A stretch of DNA of 64,000 bases, from positions 11,101 to 75,100 of the forward strand of contig CAIQAD010000038.1 of NCBI GenBank assembly GCA_903869725.1, read 5' to 3'. Below, piece after piece: positions 57,241-64,000 of the stretch (positions are counted from its first letter, which is position 1; each line of letters begins with the position of its first letter). This stretch comes from an uncultured Alphaproteobacteria bacterium (GTDB lineage Bacteria > Pseudomonadota > Alphaproteobacteria > Pelagibacterales > Pelagibacteraceae). The notes below the pieces were generated by a model. That model saw only the letters and a program-made list of their open reading frames with translations, did no database searches and had not been told where the DNA came from. The position numbers were made by a program, and so were the translations under genes.

Positions 57241-57477
57241 ATGCTAAATAAAATTAAAAAACATCTAGAGCTTGCAAATAAAGGCTATTTTGAGCACATG
57301 TTTTTTGCAATGAAAATAGGTTTAATGTGTCTATGGTCTTTTATTACAGCTTTTGTGCACGCTATTAATCCTGCTTGGTTTGAATATTCAACCAGTCAAA
57401 GAATCAAGCGCATGAACGATGTGTTTCAAAAAAATACGCGAAATGCGACAGATCAAAAAGATCAAAATGAGAAATAA
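57241..57477 (+). CDS. small membrane protein (DUF6356-like)
   Basis: 78 aa with one or two hydrophobic helices (FFAMKIGLMCLWSFITAFVHAI). The family assignment is tentative. Confidence 0.5.
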   Translation: MLNKIKKHLELANKGYFEHMFFAMKIGLMCLWSFITAFVHAINPAWFEYSTSQRIKRMNDVFQKNTRNATDQKDQNEK

Positions 57478-57569
57478 TAATTCGCTAATAAAAACGAATA
57501 AAAAATACTTTACTTCTTGTTAACAAAACCCAGTTCGGAATCGTTATAAGGAATCATTATATTTTTGTA

Positions 57570-57686
57570 TTACTTAATTAAATTAAAAGCTACAGGTAAT
57601 AACATCACAGCCGACACCAAACTTGTCAGAGCAATCACTATTCCAAGGCATTTAATTACGTTAAGACTTTCAATTTTATTACTCAT
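57570..57686 (-). CDS. candidate 38-aa single-TM peptide
   Basis: My translation is MSNKIESLNVIKCLGIVIALTSLVSAVMLLPVAFNLIK. It lies in a 326-bp spacer. Very short and unverified. Confidence 0.2.
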   Translation of the reverse strand: MSNKIESLNVIKCLGIVIALTSLVSAVMLLPVAFNLIK

Positions 57687-57803
57687 GCAATTCATATAGA
57701 GATCAAATGTAATCAAAAAATGTAGAAATCATGTCATAAATATGATTTTAACGTTAAGGTTTTATTACAATGAAAATTATTTTTTCTGCTATAAATAAAT
57801 TAA

Positions 57804-59525
57804 ATGATTTTAAATAACGAACTCTCTAAAGAAAAAAGTCCGTATCTTCTTCAACACAAAGATAATCCTGTACAATGGCAACGTTGGCAGAAAGCAGTGT
57901 TTGATCTTGCAAAACTTTTAAAAAAACCAGTATTAGTAAGCGTTGGCTACGCTTCTTGTCATTGGTGTCATGTAATGCAGCACGAGTCTTTTGAAGATAT
58001 TGAAACAGCAAACTTAATGAATGAGAAATTTATCAATGTCAAAGTTGATCGGGAAGAACGCCCTGACGTTGATCACGTGATGCAAACCTGCCATCAAATC
58101 TATACGCAGCGACCTGGGGGTTGGCCACTTACTATGTTTTTAGATGAAAACGGCGTACCATTTATGGCAGGTACTTATTTTCCAAAAGAAGCAAAATACG
58201 GAATGCCAACGTTTAGAGAAATATTAACAAAAGTTTCGGATATCTACAAAACTGAACATGCTGCAATTCTAATTCAAGGACCAAAGTTTAAAGGTTTTTT
58301 AAATATGAGAAAAAGTCTTGTAACTAAACAAGAACTTATTCCTCATCTTGATAAAATTGTTGATCAATTAGATCCAGAAAAAGCTGGATTTGTTGGCGCT
58401 CCAAAATTTCCAATGCTTTATATTTATAATAGCATTCTATATTTTTATAAAAAAACTAAAAATGAAAAATATTTAAAAGCGTTAGAGTTATTGCTAAATA
58501 AAATTTGCTCACAAGGAATTTACGATCACGTTGAGGGAGGAATTGCGCGTTATTCAACGGATGATCAATGGTTAGTTCCTCACTTTGAAAAAATGCTTTA
58601 CGACAACGTGCAATTTATTCAAATTTTAGCTGATTATTTAACTATTAAAAAAGATGATTATTTTTTAAATAAACTTGATCAAACCATTCAATTCTTTTTA
58701 AAAAATTTCAAATTACCTAATAATTTACTTGGTTCAGCACTCGATGCAGACAGTGATGGTGAGGAAGGAAAATATTATGTCTATCATTACGAAGAAATTA
58801 AAAATATATCAAATATTTCTAATTACTTTGAAATTAGCGAACAAGGCAATTGGGAAGGAAAAATTATTTTAAAAGAAATTAAAGATAAAACAATTGTTCC
58901 AAATATAATTATTGATCAATTAAAAAAAATTAGACAAACAAGAAATAAGCCATTCTTTGACGATAAAACGCAGTTAGATTTAAATGTATTTTTTGTAAGC
59001 GCTCTACTTAAGGCCAACAAAATTTTACCTAAGTATTTAGATGAAGCTAAAACAATTTTTAAAGCAATTGAAAATCATTTCTTTGCTAAAAATCCATTTC
59101 ATTCTTATTCGCCAACAGATGTGTTTATAGAGGATTATTCTTATAGCATTCAATGCTTGATGGATTTGTATGATGAGACGCTATTAATCGATTATAAATT
59201 AAAAGCACGAGAATATGCAACTAAAGCTATAGAATTATTTTATGATAGAGAAAAAAAATTCTTTCAAAAAAATAAAATATTAACTAATGATTTGTTTGTG
59301 CCTGCATTTGATATTGCAGATCATAATATTCCAAATGGAAATTCAGTGATGCTAATTAATTTTTTAAGAATTGGATTTTTAAAACAAGCAAAAGAGCTTT
59401 ATGAAAGTATGCAAGGTTATGTAAATATGTACTCAAGTAACATGGCAAGTTTTCTAAAAGCAATTGATATTTACGAAGATACTATAAGTAAACCAGGATG
59501 CACTGAGGAAGGTTGCACGATTTGA
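57804..59525 (+). CDS. thioredoxin-domain (DUF255) + six-hairpin glycosidase-like protein (YyaL/SPATA20 family)
   Basis: 573 aa. [28 protein letters not shown] and [10 protein letters not shown] are family hallmarks. Confidence 0.9.
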   Translation: MILNNELSKEKSPYLLQHKDNPVQWQRWQKAVFDLAKLLKKPVLVSVGYASCHWCHVMQHESFEDIETANLMNEKFINVKVDREERPDVDHVMQTCHQIYTQRPGGWPLTMFLDENGVPFMAGTYFPKEAKYGMPTFREILTKVSDIYKTEHAAILIQGPKFKGFLNMRKSLVTKQELIPHLDKIVDQLDPEKAGFVGAPKFPMLYIYNSILYFYKKTKNEKYLKALELLLNKICSQGIYDHVEGGIARYSTDDQWLVPHFEKMLYDNVQFIQILADYLTIKKDDYFLNKLDQTIQFFLKNFKLPNNLLGSALDADSDGEEGKYYVYHYEEIKNISNISNYFEISEQGNWEGKIILKEIKDKTIVPNIIIDQLKKIRQTRNKPFFDDKTQLDLNVFFVSALLKANKILPKYLDEAKTIFKAIENHFFAKNPFHSYSPTDVFIEDYSYSIQCLMDLYDETLLIDYKLKAREYATKAIELFYDREKKFFQKNKILTNDLFVPAFDIADHNIPNGNSVMLINFLRIGFLKQAKELYESMQGYVNMYSSNMASFLKAIDIYEDTISKPGCTEEGCTI

Positions 59526-59571
59526 GAATTTACACCCCTCTATAACGAGAGGTGCAAATCAAATTGTAAAA

Positions 59572-59952
59572 CTATTTAGCTGCAGCAGCTTGAATTACGT
59601 GCCAAACATTGTTCACGTTATCACCAGATTTATCGCCAGGTTTTTCATCTTTAACCCAGAAATAAAGCGGTTTACCTTTGTAAGCCCACTGAAATTTTCC
59701 ATCATCGCGAGTGATAACAGTATATTTTCCAGATTTTTTTGCAGATGGTGCAATATATGGAGGCCATTTTGCAGCGCAGTCTCCATTGCAAACTGATTTT
59801 CCAGAAACTGTATCTTTATCAAAAGTATAAAGAGTCATTCCTTTTGCAGAATCTACAAGTATTCCATTAGACGCTTTAGCAGGTGCTGAACCAGCATAAG
59901 CACTAACTGTAAATGCAAACAATGCAAACAAAGTTACTAATATTTTTTTCAT
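59572..59952 (-). CDS. secreted protein with two Yx(FWY)xxD 'lipoprotein_15' repeats (COG4315)
   Basis: 126 aa. A signal peptide, MTLYTFDKD...CNGDCAAKWPPY and KPLYFWVKDEKPGD. Confidence 0.75.
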   Translation of the reverse strand: MKKILVTLFALFAFTVSAYAGSAPAKASNGILVDSAKGMTLYTFDKDTVSGKSVCNGDCAAKWPPYIAPSAKKSGKYTVITRDDGKFQWAYKGKPLYFWVKDEKPGDKSGDNVNNVWHVIQAAAAK

Positions 59953-60027
59953 TATTTTTTTAAGTTTAAGTTAATTGTTAATCTTTAAATAACATAACAA
60001 AAAAAACTTTAATAGAAAAAATTTAAA

Positions 60028-60579
60028 TTATTTACGTGCTGGTTCAGTGACTGTTTCTTTTGTGATAGTCTTTGTGGAAGGTTGAGCGGCTGGCTGTGTT
60101 ACAGATTGCGTGTTTGGCAACACTCTAACAGAATCAATTCCAATAATTACAATGACTTTATCGCCAACTTTATAACCTGGATCGTTATCATTTAGTTTGC
60201 CTTGTGCCACGCTAAATGCTTTTGAATCTCCATCTTTTAAAATTGTATATTGATATCCATTATGTTCTCCTAATTTTGCAGGAATTACAGAACCAAGTAC
60301 TGCGCCCGCGCCCGCGCCTAAAATAGTTATCAAGCCTTTCATATTTTTGCCTGAAGCTTCATTCGCGCCAACTGCACCAACTAGACCTCCAATGACTGCA
60401 CCAATTACATTATTTTTATCATCCCCTTTAATTACTACTGGCTGAACATCAAGAATTTTTCCAGTTTCAACTTGCTGAACTTGGCTAACGTCATTTTGAC
60501 TTACAACACGTGGGTTGTTCGCATTACAGGCATAAATAAATAATAAGCATACACTTAAAAAGGCTGAAATTTTTTTCAT
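60028..60579 (-). CDS. outer-membrane lipoprotein with glycine-zipper (SlyB/17-kDa antigen-like)
   Basis: 183 aa. Lipobox FIYAC and the glycine zippers GAVIGGLVGAVGA and LGAGAGAVLGS. Confidence 0.7.
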   Translation of the reverse strand: MKKISAFLSVCLLFIYACNANNPRVVSQNDVSQVQQVETGKILDVQPVVIKGDDKNNVIGAVIGGLVGAVGANEASGKNMKGLITILGAGAGAVLGSVIPAKLGEHNGYQYTILKDGDSKAFSVAQGKLNDNDPGYKVGDKVIVIIGIDSVRVLPNTQSVTQPAAQPSTKTITKETVTEPARK

Positions 60580-60644
60580 ATTCTTAAATTTTAATTTTTA
60601 ATTATGTCAGTCTTATGGCGGTCATTTAAACTGAAAAATCTATA

Positions 60645-60944
60645 TTATTTAGCCAACATGTGTAGGAATAAAGATAAACCAGCACCAAGAAATAATGTGA
60701 ACAATACATATAGCGCTACAATCACATAGCTAATAACTAAACTTGCGATAATAAATCCTTTACCTGAATATACGCCTTCGTTTTTATTAAAATCTTTTAA
60801 AGCTAAATGCCCAAGAATAAGAGCAATAATTTGCATAAGAAAAGGGATCACAAAAGCAGAGTAAATTCCAAGAACTGAAATTACAAAAGAAATAACTCCC
60901 ATCGTATGAACTGGTTTTGAATTTGATGATTTACTTTTAGCCAT
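60645..60944 (-). CDS. DUF4190-like small membrane protein
   Basis: 99 aa with 2-3 TM segments. The GVISFVISVLG....LILGHLALKD pattern is DUF4190-like. An SD GGGAGA lies upstream. Confidence 0.65.
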   Translation of the reverse strand: MAKSKSSNSKPVHTMGVISFVISVLGIYSAFVIPFLMQIIALILGHLALKDFNKNEGVYSGKGFIIASLVISYVIVALYVLFTLFLGAGLSLFLHMLAK

Positions 60945-61022
60945 TAGATTCTCCCTTTTTTTAAATTTAGTTTCTGCAATTTTTACAGAATTTATAATTT
61001 AATTACCAACACAAAATATGAA

Positions 61023-61874
61023 CTAAATCGATGATTTTATAGCCTGTTTAATATATTCAGCTCTTAAAGCTTTGGTAAATTCTCCAGGTTCTCCTTCTCC
61101 AATTTTTTTTTCATTAATTTGTATAACTGGTGTAACGAAAGAAGTTGCTGATGTAATAAATGCTTCTGCTGCAGATTCTACTTCTGGCAAAGTAAAATTT
61201 TTAAAAATAACTTCATAACCTAAATTTTTTGCACAATTTAAAACCGCTTCTCTTGTAATTCCACTTAAAATTAATTGATCAGATTGTCTTGTAAAAACAT
61301 TTTTACTTCTAACAATCCAAGCATTATTTGATGTGCCCTCCATAATATATCCTTCTCGCATCATCCATGCATCATCGAAACCTTTTTTAAATGCTTCTGT
61401 TTTTGCTAAACTAGGCCACAACAATTGTGTTGTTTTAATATCGCAACGTTTCCATCTTAAATCATCAACGGTCATAACTTTAATGCCTTTTTTAGAACTT
61501 TCGCTTTCAACGATTTTCTTTTCTTGGGTAAAAGCAAAAACTGTTGGACTTATATTTTTTTGACTAATAGTAAAATCACGATCAAAGACTCCTCGTGTCA
61601 CTTGAAGATACACAATGCCTTCGTTTAAGTTATTTAATTTAATTAATTGTCGATGAAAATTTAAAATTTCGTCGTGATTTAAAGATTTTTCAAATCCTAG
61701 CTCTTTCATTGATCGATCTAATCGCTTCATATGATTTTTAAAATCAATTAACTTTCCTTCAACAATAGAAGTTACTTCATAAACAGAATCTGCAAACAAT
61801 AATGAACGGTCAAAAATTGAAACTTTTGCTTGATCTTCAGGCAAAAACTGGCCATTTAAATAAACTTCTCTCAT
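61023..61874 (-). CDS. class IV aminotransferase (D-amino-acid / branched-chain type)
   Basis: 283 aa. FDRSLLFADSVYEV, the catalytic Lys region DIKTTQLL and GITREAVL resemble D-alanine aminotransferase. Confidence 0.88.
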   Translation of the reverse strand: MREVYLNGQFLPEDQAKVSIFDRSLLFADSVYEVTSIVEGKLIDFKNHMKRLDRSMKELGFEKSLNHDEILNFHRQLIKLNNLNEGIVYLQVTRGVFDRDFTISQKNISPTVFAFTQEKKIVESESSKKGIKVMTVDDLRWKRCDIKTTQLLWPSLAKTEAFKKGFDDAWMMREGYIMEGTSNNAWIVRSKNVFTRQSDQLILSGITREAVLNCAKNLGYEVIFKNFTLPEVESAAEAFITSATSFVTPVIQINEKKIGEGEPGEFTKALRAEYIKQAIKSSI

Positions 61875-61899
61875 AGATTAAAAAAAAAGACTTATATAA

Positions 61900-62091
61900 C
61901 TAGATAGAACAAGTCATGTCCTTGCCGCAGCATAAGGGACTTTTGATTTTACCATGGCCATTAGGACATTCTGAAACTTGTACCTTTTGTCCATTGTCTA
62001 ATTTAAGTGAACCGTTCTTAAGTTCGTCTCCGCATTTGCCACAAGTTATATTTGCAGACATTTTACAAACTGGACATTCGTATGTTGCCAT
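61900..62091 (-). CDS. 63-aa Cys-rich putative metal-binding protein
   Basis: MATYECPVCKMSANITCGKCGDELKNGSLKLDNGQKVQVSECPNGHGKIKSPLCCGKDMTCSI has 9 Cys and 1 His. A strong SD, AGGAGA (62100-62105 on the plus strand as tctcct), sits 8 nt upstream. Confidence 0.7.
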   Translation of the reverse strand: MATYECPVCKMSANITCGKCGDELKNGSLKLDNGQKVQVSECPNGHGKIKSPLCCGKDMTCSI

Positions 62092-62150
62092 AAATAGATT
62101 CTCCTATTGTGATAAACATTAGTTAAAATTTTAAAATAATCAACGATTAA

Positions 62151-62882
62151 CTAAAAAAAGCTAAATAACTTAAACAATAATGGAACTATTATTGCAGTTG
62201 CAATACCATTAAGACCTAAAGCTAGAGCCGCAAAAACTCCTGCTGTTCTATTTCTGCTCATCGCACGTGCTGTTCCAATGCCATGTGATGCAAGACCAAG
62301 TCCAAATCCTCTTGCTGACATGTCTTTTAATTTTAAAAAATCTAATGCAAAAGTTCCAAACGACGCTCCGATAATTCCTGTTAAAATAGTAACAATTGCA
62401 GTCAAGGATGGGATTCCACCAATTAAATCTGAAATTCCCATTGCAATGGGAGCAGTTGCACTTTTTGGCAACATACTAAGTAACACTTTTTCATCAATAC
62501 TAAAAAATTTGCAAAGTAAAAAAGTTGAGGTAATTGCAAATAAACTTCCCAAAATAAGAGATATAAAAATAATTTTAGCTTCTTTTTTAATTAAACTAAA
62601 TTGTTTATAAATTGGAATTGCAAGTGCAACCGTTACAGGTCCTAGCATAAAGTGAATAAATTTAGCACCATCAAAATATCGCTCATAGGAAATATTTAAT
62701 TTAAGTAAAATAATTGACACGATAAAAATAGAAATCATCACAGGATTAACAAGAGGAAACAATTTCGATCGTTTGTAACAATAATCGCCTATTAAATAAG
62801 AGCCTATTGTCAAAGTTAACCAAAATAATGGCTCTGCCTGTAAATATACCCAAATGCTATATAATTTATCTTTTTCTAACAT
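62151..62882 (-). CDS. lrgB: LrgB/CidB family membrane protein
   Basis: 243 aa polytopic protein. LPKSATAPIAMGIS is an LrgB hallmark. Confidence 0.9.
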   Translation of the reverse strand: MLEKDKLYSIWVYLQAEPLFWLTLTIGSYLIGDYCYKRSKLFPLVNPVMISIFIVSIILLKLNISYERYFDGAKFIHFMLGPVTVALAIPIYKQFSLIKKEAKIIFISLILGSLFAITSTFLLCKFFSIDEKVLLSMLPKSATAPIAMGISDLIGGIPSLTAIVTILTGIIGASFGTFALDFLKLKDMSARGFGLGLASHGIGTARAMSRNRTAGVFAALALGLNGIATAIIVPLLFKLFSFF

Positions 62883-62883
62883 C

Positions 62884-63249
62884 TTATTTAATTTTTGTTT
62901 TTAATTTTTCCATCGTAAATGCAGTAAGTGCGATGGTAGAAACGGTAGTTATAAAAATAATAATAAGCACTCTAAAAAAATTATTTTGTAAATAAGTAAG
63001 ATGCATAACAACTCCAACTCCAATTGGCACAAATAGTAAAGATAAGTAAGTCAACATGTGATTTCCTGTATCGATCACATCTTTTTTAAGACTTATAATA
63101 TTCTTATTGTTTGTTTTTTTTAAAAATATTAAAGTTAACAGTAACAGCACGAGACCTATAACCGGCCCCGGTATATACAATTGAAAAAGTTTTTTAATTG
63201 CTTCACCAATTAATTGAAAAAAAAATATAACAAAAATTGCGCGTAGCAT
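62884..63249 (-). CDS. lrgA: LrgA/CidA family membrane protein
   Basis: 121 aa with 4 TM segments. FQLIGEAIKKLFQLYIPGPVIGLVLL is LrgA-like. It lies 1 nt upstream of lrgB. Confidence 0.85.
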   Translation of the reverse strand: MLRAIFVIFFFQLIGEAIKKLFQLYIPGPVIGLVLLLLTLIFLKKTNNKNIISLKKDVIDTGNHMLTYLSLLFVPIGVGVVMHLTYLQNNFFRVLIIIFITTVSTIALTAFTMEKLKTKIK

Positions 63250-63255
63250 GATAAG

Positions 63256-63630
63256 TTAATTCTTCTCCTTAGGTGAACTTGAGCTAATTAAATAAATTCC
63301 TGTAAGCAAAATAACAGTTCCTAAATATTGTTCGTTTGCTATTGTTTCATGAAATACAACAGAACCTGCGATTAATATCGTAATAAAACTGATGCTTGAG
63401 ATTGGAAAAGCAACGCTTAATTTTGCTTTCTTCAAAATAAAAATCCAACAGAAGAACATCGTAATATCAGTAAGTATTGCAAGATAAGCAAAGGGAGAAT
63501 TTAATAATTCTATAAACCAACTTACACTAAAACTGTTTGAGGATAAGGATAATGATGCATATTTCATGAAGATTTGACTTAAGGTGTCAATCACTGGAAT
63601 AATGGTCCACAATAATATTACTCTAAACAC
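63256..63630 (-). CDS. small 4-TM DMT-superfamily (single EamA-domain) protein
   Basis: 124 aa from a GTG start. It is hydrophobic with an EamA-like C-terminus (GTVILLTGIYLIS). Its start overlaps the upstream gene by 8 nt. Confidence 0.6.
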   Translation of the reverse strand: MFRVILLWTIIPVIDTLSQIFMKYASLSLSSNSFSVSWFIELLNSPFAYLAILTDITMFFCWIFILKKAKLSVAFPISSISFITILIAGSVVFHETIANEQYLGTVILLTGIYLISSSSPKEKN

Positions 63631-64000
63631 GGTGTACTTTCACTTCAAATAACGGACTTATTAATCTTAAAATTTTATCAATTAGATAATTATCATGCTT
63701 AAAATAAAGATAATTATTTAATAATTTACAACCAAGTTTAAGTTTTTCTTTATATTCTGACTGACCCGCTTGATAAATTTTAATTTTATTCTCAATACAA
63801 TATTTTACGTTATCAAACCAAGAGTTAAAATATAAATTATATTTTTTTCCTTCACCTTCTTTTAGAAAAATAAATTTATCTATTAATATTTCTTTACTAA
63901 TTAAAGACAGATCAAAACCTATAATATGATCGTTTACAGAATAAATCGAATATACCGCTCTATCTTTTAAATATTGCGATACACCTTTAAAAAAATCTTC
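63623..64000 (-). CDS. C-terminal part of a FemAB-like/GNAT (DUF482 or Acetyltransf_6-like) protein, 5' end outside window
   Basis: The frame is open to the window edge. My translation is ...NLYFNSWFDNVKYCIENKIKIYQAGQSEYKEKLKLGCKLLNNYLYFKHDNYLIDKILRLISPLFEVKVHRV*. The G-x-x-E-Y-K-x-K-L-G pattern recalls those families. The assignment is weak. Confidence 0.45.
   Translation of the reverse strand, partial: EDFFKGVSQYLKDRAVYSIYSVNDHIIGFDLSLISKEILIDKFIFLKEGEGKKYNLYFNSWFDNVKYCIENKIKIYQAGQSEYKEKLKLGCKLLNNYLYFKHDNYLIDKILRLISPLFEVKVHRV

Noticed and set aside
59533-59554. Hairpin cacccctct/agaggtg after the DUF255 gene as a bidirectional terminator
   Set aside because: The stem is 7 bp with a bulge, and there is no U-run on either strand. 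It is plausible but too weak to list as a feature.
610-62995. About 30 short ORFs (60-110 aa) in the supplied track lie antisense to or inside larger genes. They are 610-813, 3723-3911, 8419-8652, 12940-13122, 14019-14219, 15735-15944, 19098-19331, 20544-20774, 24069-24263, 27060-27341, 29089-29364, 31288-31503, 36230-36415, 37657-37869, 39017-39280, 40530-40793, 41052-41348, 42714-43001, 43267-43500, 48650-48862, 53626-54099 (three ORFs), 54690-54917, 55071-55271, 57826-58011, 59590-59822 (two ORFs), 61333-61563, 61916-62122, 62278-62610 and 62807-62995.
   Set aside because: Each is fully embedded in, or opposite to, a longer ORF with clear family motifs. Their translations are low-complexity, rich in Leu/Phe/Ile/Ser as expected for the antisense frame of AT-rich genes. 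None has a recognisable motif or SD.
1-64000. Mobile elements, prophage, CRISPR arrays, tRNA/rRNA genes, toxin-antitoxin pairs
   Set aside because: I scanned both strands and all spacers. I found no transposase, integrase or phage-like ORFs and no regularly spaced repeats. No cloverleaf-capable GC-rich ~75-nt segments appear in the spacers, and no rRNA-like conserved blocks.

Overview
Strongly AT-rich, very gene-dense bacterial chromosome segment. Most spacers are under 50 bp and many genes overlap by 1-29 bp, including convergent stop-stop overlaps. The housekeeping synteny is alphaproteobacterial: prfA, ispG, lysC, ubiG, rlmN, argJ/secA, accA, aroK-aroB, bolA-Jdomain-cobS-cobT, rpmB. Gene content suggests a streamlined Pelagibacterales (SAR11)-like genome: a TPP-riboswitch-controlled thiV symporter, glnK-amtB, metX/metY direct sulfhydrylation, kup and many small transporters. 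That lineage assignment is an inference from composition and gene content; no search was run. I saw no rRNA, tRNA, CRISPR array, transposase, integrase or phage genes. About 75 CDS are supported, including two genes open at the window edges and several ORFs under 60 aa that the ORF track omits. Also supported are one clear riboswitch, a few terminators, two sigma70-like promoters and one 20-bp tandem repeat. The main leads are: (1) a cluster at 36.1-42.5 kb (OxlT-like antiporter, FAH-family enzyme, PanE-family reductase, AAE3-type oxalate-CoA ligase, malate synthase) that reads as an oxalate -> oxalyl-CoA -> glyoxylate -> malate route; (2) an NRAMP-related transporter with a remodelled metal site (DAGG / A-P-W), coupled to a 62-aa membrane protein and a soluble PRC-MgtE_N-CBS protein, which suggests a split Mg2+ uptake system; (3) a peroxiredoxin-YeeE-CysK/CBS-MetX / MetY sulfur island; (4) a Tat-exported FAH-fold enzyme operon; (5) an orphan bolA-Jdomain-cobS-cobT module. 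Smaller oddities are a membrane-anchored AccA, a LysR HTH-only stub next to glnK-amtB, a Cys-rich mini-protein and a defluorinase-like hydrolase. All family assignments come from motif recognition by eye and need HMM/BLAST confirmation.
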